This document shows, in pieces, positions 38,831 through 50,968 of a stretch of DNA of 64,000 nucleotides. How positions within the stretch are numbered: position 1 is the first letter of the stretch; each line of letters starts with the position of its first letter. Where the stretch lies: NCBI RefSeq assembly GCF_011386835.1, contig NC_088792.1, positions 233,740,001 to 233,804,000 on the forward strand, written 5' to 3'. Source of the stretch: Chrysemys picta bellii. Lineage: Eukaryota. Under the pieces are notes generated by a model that was not told the origin of the DNA, made no database searches, and saw only the letters and a program-made list of their open reading frames with translations. The position numbers were made by a program, and so were the translations under genes.

Positions 38831-39705
38831 AAGTGTCATTAGCATAGATTGACAGCTGTGTTTGACCTGAATGCTCTTTGCTTCACTAAATATGAAGACT
38901 TTGCTACCATAGCATAATAAAGTGAATGAGTGTCAGAAATACATTTGCCATAAGCTTAAGAAATAGCAAACAATCAAGCAAAAGTATTTTGTAAACCAGG
39001 TCATTAACCTTTACAAAAGATTATGATGGCTAACATGGCGCCGTATATAGCCAAAGGGAGTGGAGATATTGATAGCCTATGGTTCACACATACTGTATCT
39101 CTTGACTATATTAATCAGTGCAGGACTAACATTCAAAAAGGTCAGAACAACAAACACTAAAATCAGGTATGTCTTAGTCAAATAAGAAAACCACACATTT
39201 AAGTGATTCAGATTTTGAAGTGTACACACAAAAAGCACTCCTCATTTAGCATCACAAAGTTGATTTCTATTATTTGTCTCCTAGTTCCTTAATGGGAGAC
39301 AACAGGAGATTAGGAGGTTCAAAAAGAAATTCAGTGGTAAAACTGAAGCAACACAGCTTTCCAGATACACTCCAAAAGATATTTAACAGGATCTGTCATA
39401 ATCCATATGTTCTCCTCAAAAATAAAAATAAAAACCAGCTGCGTTACAATAAATCCTAACGACAGTATGAGTTAATTTTAAACCAATGTAACATTCAGTC
39501 AGTTTTCATTTAAACTGACAGGGGATATCTTTGCCAGGGTATGTACGCATTTGTAAAAACAGATGAGGAACCATAATATGTTTTTCCCTTGCTCCAAATA
39601 AACATTTCTTTTTAACATGGAGCTTTTCATAGTAGAATAAGTGTTCAAGTGAAGAAAGACTTAACAGTCATTGCCACGTTGTGGTCTACTTCTACAGTGC
39701 CTTAC

Positions 39706-39739
39706 TTTTGGCCTCTGCCAAAGGTCCCTGTGGGACACT
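39706..39739 (-). CDS. Candidate 34-nt exon on minus strand (SVPQGPLAEAK if phase 0)
   Basis: CATTTACCATCTCTGCTGTAG| acceptor and AAA|GTAAGG donor. All three frames open. Phase-compatible with 41462-41526. Confidence 0.2.
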
Positions 39740-40114
39740 CTACAGCAGAGATGGTAAATGATGCATGATGCCAATTCTGCTGGCATACGCCCTGAATCAA
39801 CTTCCTGACTAGGGTAGAGGCAGGGGTGGTCGATGTGACCAAGCACTTAATGTGACAACTGCTGATTGGAACCATAAATGTCAAAGAAGCAAAGAAACCA
39901 GCAGGCAGGGCTGTATGTATGTATTTTTTTCTTATTCCTTTAGATTGATAGAATTGCCCATGCAAAACTCCAGACAAGTCATACATTTTAACATACAATT
40001 TCATACCAATAATTGAAAAATAATAAGAGTCCATCTTAAAGCCACTACCATCCATGTAACAAAATCAAGCAGCCAGCTGAGAATCCACTAACTCCCTTGC
40101 TCCAACAATTCCAG

Positions 40115-40500
40115 TCACTCTCTACCTCTCATCTGACCTCAAATGCCCGAGAAAGGAAGAGGGTCCTGTAGTGTGTCTGAAAGATCCAGGAGGAAGGGGA
40201 ATGAAATAAAAATCTGTAGGTCCTTGGCAGAAAAAGTCCAAAGAGCAGCTTCCGCCCTTTTTAAATGAAGGGAACGCCAGATCAGGTGCCTTCACTGGCT
40301 GCAACTCTGGAGCAGCCACATGGGAAGAGAGGCATGCCCTCAGGTATGAAGGTTCCAGGCCATGGCTTGCCCATCCTAAAAGTACAGTTGCCATGGAAGT
40401 GGGGCAAATACTGGAGCTTCTCTTGGCAGCCAGGTCATTAGCTTCTAAAAAGACTGGTTCTTCTATATGATCAGCCTCCACTTGCAGCTGTCTTCCCCTC
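40115..40500 (-). mobile_element. L2 LINE ORF2 C-terminal fragment
   Basis: ORF 40122-40514 contains HGLEPSYLRACLS...QGP...F.GHLRS, matching L2 GLGP.YL...L...GP.LWN...F...LKT. Confidence 0.65.
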
Positions 40501-41461
40501 TGAACTTGTAGCAAGGTTCATAAAGTTTGTCTTAGCAGCCATGCTTTTTGCCTGGGTAGTTTAGGGTGGTCCTAGGGAGTACAACTAGTAATAATGAAAT
40601 GAAATTAATAAAGTTGATTCAGGGCGTTTGTGAAACTCTGCAAACACAAAAAATAATTTGCCATGTTTGCCCTTCCCTACAAGGGATCAGTCTAGCATTG
40701 GATAGATGGACTATCTATTGTAGCTATAAAATATTTTCCCCTATGGCCCTAATCATGCCAACAGTTATACACATGCTTAACTTTAAGCCTATGAGTAGTC
40801 CAATGCTGGCCATATTTCTGTGTTTCAGTATTGTGTTGATATAATGCCTGTTTAGTTTCCTTTTCAGAGTTTAATTACATGTAAAAGTGGACATGTGCAT
40901 AGATGACAATGTTCCCTGTGTGACTTAAAAACTATTAAAAATGTGTCTCATCAAAGCCTCAGGAGCAAATCGTACCAGTATCTTCAGTATATTGCAATAT
41001 TGGAGCAATGATATTGCATGCCCAGGCTGAATTTAACCACCTATGTGATACAGTGTATTTTAAAAGCAACTAAAACACAAAAATCTACTGCCACTTTAAG
41101 ACCCATACTTAAGATGTTCTTCAGTTGTAGTTTTCAAAGTACCAGAAACAAACTCTTGTTTCAGCTACTGTGTAGGCTGAGTGCCCTGATCTTCCTCTGA
41201 TTCCCAGATCCCCCCTCCCTCACCACCAGTCATTCAGCTCTACGTGCCTCATCCCTCTGGGAAGAAGCTTAATGCAGATGATTAGCATCTCTTGGGGAGC
41301 ATCTGAAGACGCCTCCAGCCCTGTCAATTGAGCGCAGAGACATTTGGCTATTTGGGGTATTTCCCTGCTGCCATGTGGATTGTCTCCCTCATCACAGTAT
41401 GATAGGAGAAATAAATCTATTTTTATACAGTAAATATAGTATTTGTATGGTTAGTACTTAC

Positions 41462-41526
41462 ATTGATGAAAACTTTTGGGGCAAGTTCAACATCGGAAGT
41501 CACACAAACAAGCCTATGCTTGAGAC
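41462..41526 (-). CDS. Candidate 65-nt exon on minus strand (LKHRLVCVTSDVELAPKVFIN)
   Basis: CTCATTTGTCAAG| acceptor and AAT|GTAAGT donor. Only one frame open. Protein not recognised. Confidence 0.22.
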
Positions 41527-42054
41527 CTTGACAAATGAGATTTTTTTTTTCATGGAAGCTAAAGGGTTTATTATTCCTGCTCTATAAAATATTCCTCTCT
41601 TGCTCACTCTAATGATCTGCATTGCTAGATATAATATATATTGCCAAAATGTAAAAGTCAGAGGCCTAGCTTTATTAGAAAAAGCAAAGAAAACAGGAAA
41701 AAAAGTTAAAAGCAAATAAGAACACACAGCCTTTATTTAAATAGAAAAATGTTTATTAGCAGGCCAGGTTTTTAGAATTTTAGTTTTATGTTCTAAACAT
41801 GAAAGTACACTATAAACAGATTCATTTATTATAATATATTAAGGAACTGTACACTATGAATTTTATGCAGTGCTATGCAATTTTTAACAATGCAAAGCAG
41901 TCTAAATGAGGTGGAAAGAAACTGAGATTATCATTTTATTTGAGTGCATGATTTTTTGAGACTTTTCCCCCCAATTGGAAGCCTATTGGATGGGGTTAGT
42001 TTATAAAGAATGGCATAAATAATAGGTATAATAAATACTTTCTATGTTGGTGGT

Positions 42055-42285
42055 ACATTCTATTTGAAGTTCTCAAAGTACTTTACAAACATTAACTAAT
42101 CCATGCAACATTTCTGTGATATGGGAAAATATTATTATGCACTTTTAACAAATAGGTAAATGGAGGCAGAGAGAAGTTAGATGATTTGGCCAAGTTCATG
42201 CAGAAAGTCAGTGGTAGGGCTGGAAATAGGAATCAGGTTTCCTGGCTCCTTGTTCTATGTCTTAACCATAAGACTACCTTTCCTT
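42055..42285 (-). mobile_element. MIR/CORE-SINE
   Basis: GGTAAATGGAGGCAGAGAGAAGTTAGATGATTTGGCCAAGTTCATGCAG is the reverse-strand CORE motif. Confidence 0.7.
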
Positions 42286-42452
42286 CCTGCATAAAATGCA
42301 TATTATTATTCTATGATTTATTGAGCGTTAACAGTATACTTGATACTGTACACACAAAAGGAGACACAGTTACTGCTGCAGTAGGTTTCTCTCTGCTACA
42401 GTTGTAGACAAAAATATCCAAGTGCAAGTATGAGTTTTAGCTGATGCAGGAG

Positions 42453-43520
42453 ATTTCATAGATTCTAAGGTTAGAAGGTACCACTGTGATCATCTGCCCA
42501 GTGGTTCTCAAACTTTTGTACTGGTGGCCCCTTTCACATAGCAAGCCCCTGAGTGCAACCCCCCTTATAAATTAAAAACATCTTTTTAATATATTTAACA
42601 CCATTATAAATGCAGGAGGCAAAGCGGGGTTTGGGGTGGAGGCTGACATCTTATGACTCCCCTGTAATAACCTTGTGACCCCCCAGAGGGGTCCCAACCC
42701 CCAGTTTGAGAACCCCTGGGCTAGTCTGACCTCCTGTATAGCATAGGCCATGGAATTTACCCCAAAATAATTCCTAGAGCAGATCTTTTAGAAAAACACC
42801 CAATCTTGATTTAAACATGATCAGTGATGGAGAATACCCCATGATCCTTGGTAAAATGTCCAATAGTAGTTAATTATTCTTACTGTTAAAATAGACACCT
42901 TGTTTCCAGTCTGAATTGGTCTTCAACTTCCAGCCATAGGATCATGTTATACCTTTCGCTGCTAAATTGAAGAGCTCATTGTTAAATATTTGTTCCCCAT
43001 GTAGGTACTTACAGACTGTAATCAAGACTGCCCTTAACCTTCTCTTTGCTAAACTAAATAGATTAAGCTCCTTGACTCTATCATTATAAGGCATATTTTC
43101 TATTCCTTTAACCATTCTCATGGCTCTTCTCTGAATCCTCACCAATTTATCCACATCCTTCTTGAATTGTTGGCACCAGAACCGGATTAGGTATTCCAGC
43201 ACCCATTGCACCGGTGCAAATATAGAGGTCAAATAACCTCTCTACTGCTACTAGAGATTCCCCTGTTTATGCATCCCAGGTTCGCATTAGCTCTTTTGGC
43301 CACACTGTCTCACTAAGCTCATTACCACCATGATCCCCAAATGATTTTCAGAGTCACTGCTTCCCAAGATAGAGTTCCACCTCTTGTATAAGTATAGCCT
43401 ACATTCTTTGTTCCTATCTATATACGTATATGTTTAGCCATATTAAAATGCTATTGTTTGCTTGCACCAAGATTGCCAAGTTATCTAGATCTTTCTGAAT
43501 CAGTGACCTGTCCTTTTCAG
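42453..43520 (-). mobile_element. CR1 LINE 3' fragment
   Basis: ORF 42942-43232 reads LEYLIRFW...KKDVDKLVRIQRRAMRMVKG...ELNLFSLAKRRLR, followed by the CR1 tail. Confidence 0.88.
42499..42718. mobile_element. hAT MITE inserted in the CR1 tail
   Basis: TIRs CAGTGGTTCTCAAAC / GTTTGAGAACCCCTG. TSD degenerate around an (A/G)TCTAGT site. Confidence 0.85.
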
Positions 43521-46305
43521 AACATGTCTCTTAACCTGTCTGTGCAGTGATGTTTAGAGTTAAACTTTCGCAAAAATGAAGGATGTTTGGTTCCAGACTT
43601 TGCTTTGAATTATTAAAATGGTAAGAGTCAGCTACAAAGGTCAGGTCTAGAGTCCACATTCCCCCAAAATCAAGGGGTTTGGACCCAGCTACGCAAAGAG
43701 TACAATGTACATGGGTCTGGGACTGCCCTATGTTTTATGAGTCTCTGCGTATATTCAGGAGCTCATCCAGCTACCTCTCCTGATAGCAGCACCCACCCAT
43801 TCACTTGACTGCCACATAACGATGTTATTAGCCAAGACGAGGCTGGTGTGTAATATGTGTAGAGAACCCTCAGATGTTCAGGGCCTTATGAGACTGCATA
43901 GGTCTACAGCCCCCATTAACAATTAATTTAACAAAAATAGTTTCTATTTTAATTGTTAAGGTACAGTATATACATACAACACTTAGCCATATAAAGAAAT
44001 GTGTGGTAGAATGTGGAGCTGGCCCCCATGAAAATGAAAACTTGTCCTTGAAAATTCAAATGAAAATGTTTATGGGGAAGCTAGTAAGATAGAATAAATC
44101 CCTCTAATTGAGTAACCTAATCTTTCAAACAATCTCTTTCAATGCCATTCTATTTACTTTGGATTCAGAGGAAAGAAAGAATTCGAGTACTGATGGGCTT
44201 TAGGTTTCCCACTACACTAGTGACACTGAAGGACTGGGGCAGAGTCTGAGGTGGTATTTACTGAGTATAAATATTTGTTAACAAAGCATGAAAAGACAAC
44301 TACTCAGTAACTGAGGCAACTAATCACCCGTTCATGGAGGGAATTCATGTGGAAACAATTCAAAGCACACACTTTTCACTCATGAGGATAATGCAAGATG
44401 AAGTTTACATGGCTAGAAAATCCTTCAAATTATCGAGCATTTTAAAGACAGCCAGTGGTCATTATAGGACATCAGAGAAAGAGATGGGAGAGACCAAAGT
44501 CTGCTGACCTCTTGCAACTGCAGGAAAGTGATCCTGTAGATACTCTCAACTGATTCAAATACATGGACCCTGTTCAGTACTCTAAAGGAAGACAACTTTG
44601 TGAAACCTTCTCTGGACAGTTTAACCCCGTGGACTAGAGTAAAACCCCTTATGATCAAAGCCCATGAATACAACAAGATGTTCTTAGTGTTCATTTAAAA
44701 AAAACAAAACAAAGCCAAACTCTGCCAGCATTTCCAGAAGCTGGGAATTCTGACTTCTGAGGCCCAGGGTGTGGAATAGCTGGTCCATGGCCTCTTTTGC
44801 AGCCTGCCCCTGAGGCTCCAGTGACTGCTAAAACACATCTTCTTCTTCATGGAGATTAGGGAGGGAAGGCTTACAGAGCCACAAACCCACACACTGCATT
44901 CCCTGCCCCACCCCACCCCAATGCTTCTGTGACCCCTGAACCACACCAACTAGGGGGTGCTCATCTCTGCACTGTTCCCTAATTCTTGTTCCACTTTGCA
45001 TAGCATATCCACATCATTTCCACCACCTGGACACCTTCTGCCCTCTCCGAGGAGAGAATAGAATATGCATATTGTCCATTTGTGAAAAGAGAATATACAG
45101 CACATTCTTTCATTTTATAAGAATGAGGGAGGTATCTTTCAGGAATACCTTGTGGTAGACATTATTATAAAGGGAGAAAGTAAATAACAGAAACTTCATT
45201 TACTGATGTGAAGCCCATGATTGCATTGTACTCTTATAGCATTGGTGTAAATCCAGAGTAACTCCATTTAATCAATGAAGCTACTCCAGATTTACATTCA
45301 GAAGGGCAGAATTTGGCTCATCATGTTTAATGCTATTTGTTATCCACAGTTTAATTTCAAATGCATTAATACCATCAAGCTGCTTGCTTGACCACCCACT
45401 ATTCAGAATGGAATTGAAGTGGTGGAATATTTCGTTGTCAAAAAATTGACACAGATGTTTATTCAGATAAGTAATACATGTACTGTACAGTATACGTTTC
45501 AGTGTTACTGCTCTTAAAAACACTAATATCAAAAAAGTTTAAACAATATGACTAGAGTGATCCCTAGTTTACAATAAATATCTAGCATGCAGTTATAAGG
45601 ATTAACTGACAATCTACTATTTGTTTAAAATGCCTGCCAACTACGTTTTAGCCTTCTTTGAAGGATCCAATATGCGTATAATATCTCCTGTTAAGTCTAG
45701 ATGACTCTCTTAAATGGAAACTGCACACTACTGACCTGACCTCATCCAAAGTAGCTGTTTGGACTACTATAAATTTACTGCAGAACCGTTTACATTTCTT
45801 AGCTGTGCTTTTTCTACTATGTTTACTGAATATGACAGGTTTAAGTAGATCTAAAGTGGATAATATTTTTAATCGTGTTGCTGCTACAATTGTAACTTTT
45901 CAGACTCCTCTTAGTTTCAAACACAGGCAGAAATGTAATATAGAATTTAACTTACAGAATTAAGGCAGTCAGGCAACCATTTTACACCTAAGACACAATA
46001 CATTTTTCTACTACCAATTTTGAAAAAACTAAATGGAGTATAACAACATAGGGCCACATTTTATGCACATACAAGTCCAGCATGAGCTAATGGTATTTGG
46101 GTGCTAGAATCAGAAGCAAAAAATGGGGCTCATAAATGACAATAGATAGCAGAACCTCAAAAATTTTACGAACACCAATCTTACAAATTATTAGTTATAT
46201 GAATATATTTTTTTCCTGATAGGAAAAAAAATCATATAACAAAAGTGACGTCGATGAAGAACAAGAACAAGTCAACATCCCTTCATTACTCTGATGAGCA
46301 CCCGG

Positions 46306-47066
46306 GTGGCATGATTTCCCTTTACAAAAGCAGTGTTGACTCTTCCCCTGCATATCATGTTTCTCTATGTATCTGATAATTCTTTAGTATCGTTTCAACC
46401 AATTTGCCTGATGCTGAAGTTAGGCTTACTGGCCTGTAATTGCCAGGATTGCCTAGAGCCTTTTTAAAAAATTGGCATTACTTTAGCTACTCTCCAGTCA
46501 TGTGGTACAGAAGCTGATTTAAGGGACAGATTACATACTACCATTAGTAGTTTTGCAATTTCACATTTGGGTTCTTGGGTGAATACCCAAGCCCAGCCCT
46601 GGAAATATCACTGTTTAATTTATCAATTTGTTTAATTTATCAATTTGCTCCTCTATTGACACCTCAATCTGGGACAGTTCCTCAGGTTTTGTGCATTTTG
46701 CTAGTTCTGCAAATTCTTGTTTGGGTGGCCTAATTATATTTGGCTTGCCAGAGTTTATGCCCCTTTCTATTTTCCTCAGTAGGATTCAACTTCCAATTTT
46801 TAAAGTATGCCTTTTTGCCTCTACCTGCCTCTTTTACTCTGTTGTTTAGCCTGCTGGCATTTTTTTGTGTCCTCTTACTGTTTTTTTTATTTGGGGTATG
46901 TATTTAATTTGACCCTCAGCGATGGTGTTTTTAAATATTTTACATGCAACTTGCAGACATTTCACTCTTGGGACTGATCCTTTTAATTTAAAACTCATTA
47001 GTGAGTCTAAGCTGCAGCATAAAAAACTGGAGGAAGTCATTCAATGTTCAGTAGGTATTTTCCTCA
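46306..47066 (-). mobile_element. CR1 LINE internal ORF2 fragment
   Basis: Collinear with 3355-3440 and 4911-5150 of the large CR1 (GGCATGATTTCCCTTTACAAAA..., GAAGTTAGGCTTACTGGCCTGTAATTGCCAGGAT). Confidence 0.8.
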
Positions 47067-47073
47067 GTGTGCC

Positions 47074-47229
47074 TGTCACACTGTCTGGAGTGGCTCACAA
47101 CTGAGAGTGCCTACTTCAGGGCAGACTGTCAGAAAACAAGGGCAGACATCCCAAACTGGAGGCAAGTTATATAGTTTTCACCAAGCCAATAATAAATGTG
47201 AACTCCTGGTTCACTATACCAGTCTTACC
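47074..47229 (+). mobile_element. Truncated LTR 5' fragment (Gypsy-type, recalled turtle family)
   Basis: Begins TGT at the CR1 break and ends abruptly at 47230. No CA terminus or TSD. Confidence 0.4.
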
Positions 47230-47625
47230 CAGGGGCGGCTCCAGGCACCAGCGCAGCAATTCGACGGCGTGTACGCCGAAGGCGCGGGACCGGCGGACTT
47301 CCCGCAGGCATGCCGCCAAATCCGTGTTACCAGCCTACCTCCCAGCGCTTGCTGCCGCCAAACAGTTGTAGCAAGCTCCAGGAGGGAAGACGGAGGAGCA
47401 GGAACGTGGCGTGCTCAGGGGAGGAGGCGGGGAAGAGGCGGGCTGAGGCAGGGATTTGGGGAAGGAGTCGAATAGGGGCAGGGAGGGGGCAGAGTTGGGG
47501 TGGGGACTTTGGGGAAGGGGTTGGAATGGGGGTAGAAGGGGGCGGGGCAGGGGTGGAGTCGGGGCAGGGTTGGGGGCATAGGGAGGTCAAGCACCCACCA
47601 GGGCCATTAGAAGTTGGCACCTATG
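47230..47625. mobile_element. Mosaic of GC-rich non-autonomous DNA-element fragments
   Basis: Left end CAGGGGCGGCTCCAGGCACCAGC with a CpG-rich first 130 bp, a G-run-rich middle, and an unrelated right end GTTGGCACCTATG. Confidence 0.45.
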
Positions 47626-47953
47626 CCTCCAATGGTGGTGTGTGAGGAACGAACTTAGTCTTTTGACCTCAGGTCATCACCACAATGGCCATTAGTTTTG
47701 GAATTGGCACCTTTTCTGATTAAATCCTTCATTAGCATTCCCCAAGCCTTCTTTGATGCCTGATGAGTTATTTAGTTTCAGGGGTATTTACAATGTAGAT
47801 CTTTGCTATTACATTATAACAAAAACAGATAAAGTATAACTACAGGTGTTAAGTTAAGGTGATAAGTTAAAAAAAATACAAGTAACATTCCTCTAGTTTT
47901 CATGAAATTTAAATATCTGAATACACACATACATTTAACACTTTGATCTATAC

Positions 47954-48407
47954 CAGTGGTCCCCAAACCTTTTTGTCTGCTCCCCCACTTTACCTGGTCC
48001 GTTCCCTCCCTTGAGCCATGATCAGGAGCCTGAGCTGGGGCTGGGAAGGGAGCTGTGGTCGGGGCTGGGCCGGGGGGTGCCGTTGGAAGCAGGGCTGGTG
48101 CTGCAGCTCAAGGCTTGTCTGGGAGAGGGTCGCGGTTGGAGCCAGGGGCTGTGGCTGTGAATGCACCTGTGGTTGGGGCTGGGAGCAGAGCTGTGGACAG
48201 GTGTGGGGCCAGGAGCTGGTGGCCGAGGCTGGCCCTGAGGCTGGGGCTGAGGGCGGAGCCGGAGTGGAGTGGGGTTGGCGGGGAGAGCGAGGCTGGGTGG
48301 TGTCCCTCCCTGCCACCTATGGGGGCTGGCCCGGGCCCTGCCATGCCCCTCTGAATGTTCCCCCGCACTCCTCTAGCGGTGTGCACCCCACAATTTGGGG
48401 ACCACTG
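47954..48407. mobile_element. hAT MITE, 454 bp
   Basis: TIRs CAGTGGTCCCCAAA / TTTGGGGACCACTG. Perfect 8-bp TSD ATCTATAC (47946-47953, 48408-48415). Confidence 0.93.
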
Positions 48408-48869
48408 ATCTATACTAACGCAAAAGTGAATTGGCCTGGGGTTCTGACCTGAGCTGGCACCTGGTTTGCCCTCATCACAGTCCCATTTTAAAAATTCACT
48501 ACACACTTTTATTTAAGTTTGGCCTTAAAATGTTCAAGTATACTGCAATATATAGCCCAGTACCTTAACTAAATAATACTGATCTATTCTGATTTCAACA
48601 CTTTCCTTTTTGTTTTAAAATATAAAGTGCCTATTCCAAGCTCCGGAGGCATTTCCAAATGTTACAATTCACACATTTAAAACAAAATCCATCAAAACAA
48701 AAGTGACTTTCCAAATCCTGCCAAATACTCTACAAACACTTACGGACCTTATCATCAATTCATCCCTCTCACTCAGAAGGAATCACCAAGGGGTTGATGG
48801 GTGATGCCAAAAGAAGCCACTTGATATTTAGAGACGGGGAACTTGAGCACTTTGGAAGACCTCAACTTT

Positions 48870-49130
48870 CATAGTATGATGCAGCCTGTTAAATAATTAT
48901 GGCCCAACCCAATTTAAGGCTTTATAAATTAAACCAAATGCCTTAAATTGCACCCAGAAATAAACTGGCAGCCAGTGCAGATTATAGAGCAAGGGTGTAC
49001 TGTATTAATACGAAACAGTCTTCAACAAGTGGGCTGCTATATTCTGCCCCAGCTCTACTTTCTGAGTGGTGTTAAGTTCTAGCACCATGCAGAGTAGACT
49101 TCAGTAATCCAATTTAGTTACAAAGGGCAG
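48870..49130 (-). mobile_element. L2 LINE ORF2 fragment
   Basis: Minus strand encodes QNIAAHLL and LHWLPV, diagnostic L2 C-terminal motifs. Confidence 0.68.
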
Positions 49131-49553
49131 ACAAAGGAAGACATTAATGAGACATGGGGTGTAAAGGTTTGGAACACTGCGCAAAAGTGCCAAAATTAAC
49201 ACTTCCATTGGAGGGGGTGCTCCTGAAATACATCAAGGGGCCTTGCCCCTGGATTACAGCAGCAATGTTAGCAGAGGTTCAGGACTCCATTTCCCAGATT
49301 AGATAGGATCCTGGGCAGAGATAGAACTGGCAGAACCAATCATAAGATGGAACTCAGAGACAAAGGGTTTGATTTTACTTTCAGTTTTGGCTGTGTTTAG
49401 AGCTCTAGAAGTGCATGGAGGAATGTTTGTGGAGCGTGGCTGGGGCCATCCCTACGGGAGGCAGGGAGGGGAGTGCCACCCAGCTCCGCTCCGGGCCCCA
49501 ACCCCGGCTGCTGGTCCTGGCAGCTTTCCTTGCTTCCAGATGTGGCACCAGCC

Positions 49554-49760
49554 TGTGGTGTTTAGATACTGCATGTGATTATTAGAACTGGGAGCACTGG
49601 CTGTTGCGAGTCTGAAAGGACAGGAAACAGGAAGGAGGGGGGAGGAGTTGAGGAGGCTGAGTGAGAGTTACAGAGTGTGCAGCTACAGCTTGGTAAAGAG
49701 ATTTCCACTGTAAATGAAGTGCTGTTGGGTTTGTTAATACCTTGCCTGGGTGATACAACA
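49554..49760 (+). repeat. 5' LTR (207 bp)
   Basis: TGTGGTG...GATACAACA. Differs from the 3' LTR by 8 substitutions and 2 single-base indels over about 198 aligned nt, plus one complex replacement. Confidence 0.96.
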
Positions 49761-49763
49761 TTT

Positions 49764-49778
49764 TGGCGATGAGGATGG
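49764..49778 (+). promoter_or_regulatory. Primer-binding site, probably tRNA-Ser(GCU)
   Basis: TGGCGATGAGGATGG 3 nt after the LTR, complementary with one C-to-T change to the tRNA-Ser(GCU) 3' end CCAUCCUCGUCGCCA as recalled. Confidence 0.75.
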
Positions 49779-50968
49779 TTCTTCTGCCTCTGAACCCACC
49801 TGCACCCTTTTTGCAAAGCCCAGGTAAGCCTCCAATTGCTTTTACTGTCTGGATCCATATATTTGAGACTTATCTGCTTGCAATCAGTGCTACAGAGATT
49901 TCTGAAGTAAGAAAGGGTGCTCTGCTAATCCACTGCCTTGGAGCAGAAGGGCAGCGTATATTTTGCACTTTTCCCCTTGCAGATGATAAATATGAGACTG
50001 CACTCACAGCATTAAAGAACTTTTTTGTGCCAAAAGTGAATGTAGTAGCTAATCGCTACAGATTTTGCCAGCGTGAGCAGAAACCAGGGGAGACTATAAT
50101 GCAGTATATGGCTTCCCTGCGAAGTCTGATTGTAACTTGTGACTTTGGGAATATGGCAGATGAGATGATTAGAGACCAGCTTATTGAGAAAACAACAATG
50201 CTTCATGTAAGAGAACGCTTACTTCTAGAACCACAACTTACACTAGAAAAAGCAATAACCATTGCTACTCAGATTGAGTCAGCTACAGCTGAAGCCAAAA
50301 TAATGAGCAAGGGTACAGGAGGCCCAGTCCAGGCTGTGACTCCTTTGCAGAAAAGTTCACTATCACTGCAGACAAACAATTGCAAAAGGAAAACTAATGA
50401 AAAGCCACTGAATCAGCAAATGCAAAATACAGTAAAAGCATGCTTTCGCTGTGGATCCCCACAACATCTTGCAAGCTACACAGGATGTCCAGCAAAAGTA
50501 GCTCAGTGCAATCATTGCAAAAAGATTGGCCATTTTGCTAAAGCATGTCACAGTAGCCAGTTCAATCAACAGGTGCATGCAGTTACAATACCAGATGTTA
50601 CTGTGCTGAGTGTGGACAAAATCACTACTGCACATATTCCAGAACAGATAAAGTGCACTGCAAATGTTTCTGCCATGCCCTCAGGCAAATCACACTCTAT
50701 TCAGCTAATGTTGGACACTGGCTCAGCAGTATCTATACTACCTGATTCCATCTATTTGTGTTACTTTAAAGATGTGCCTCTTACTGAACCCAAACTTCAC
50801 TTGGTGTGCTATTTGAAAAACCATATTCCAGTACATGGCTGCCTGCCAGCAATAGTTACTTTTGGTGATTGCGGTGTAACTGCGGAGTCCTACATTGTCC
50901 ACAAAGGCACTCCTATCCTTGGCAGAGATTTATTAGCTGCTTTAAATCTCAGGGTAGTTAATGGATGA
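49775..50968 (+). pseudogene. gag: Gag plus aspartic protease (ends at a premature TGA)
   Basis: Capsid-like N-terminus (LLIHCLGAEGQRIF, IRDQLIE), Cys/His knuckles CFRCGSPQH...C and CNHCKKIGHFAKAC, protease LDTGSAVSIL and ILGRD. Confidence 0.93.

Noticed and set aside
40122-40514. 130-aa ORF as a host exon
   Set aside because: Contains L2 ORF2 C-terminal motifs, so it is a LINE remnant.
46291-46320. CTGATGA followed by a small hairpin, as a hammerhead ribozyme
   Set aside because: No GAAA box or stem III follows. It sits at a CR1 boundary.
30481-46647. Short tandem duplications (30481-30522, 30606-30628, 46613-46647) as CRISPR-like or functional repeats
   Set aside because: Two-copy slippage duplications without spacers or cas genes, in a vertebrate genome.
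47044-48506. Cluster of 97-144 aa ORFs
   Set aside because: They fall in G/C-run-rich non-autonomous elements and have low-complexity translations.
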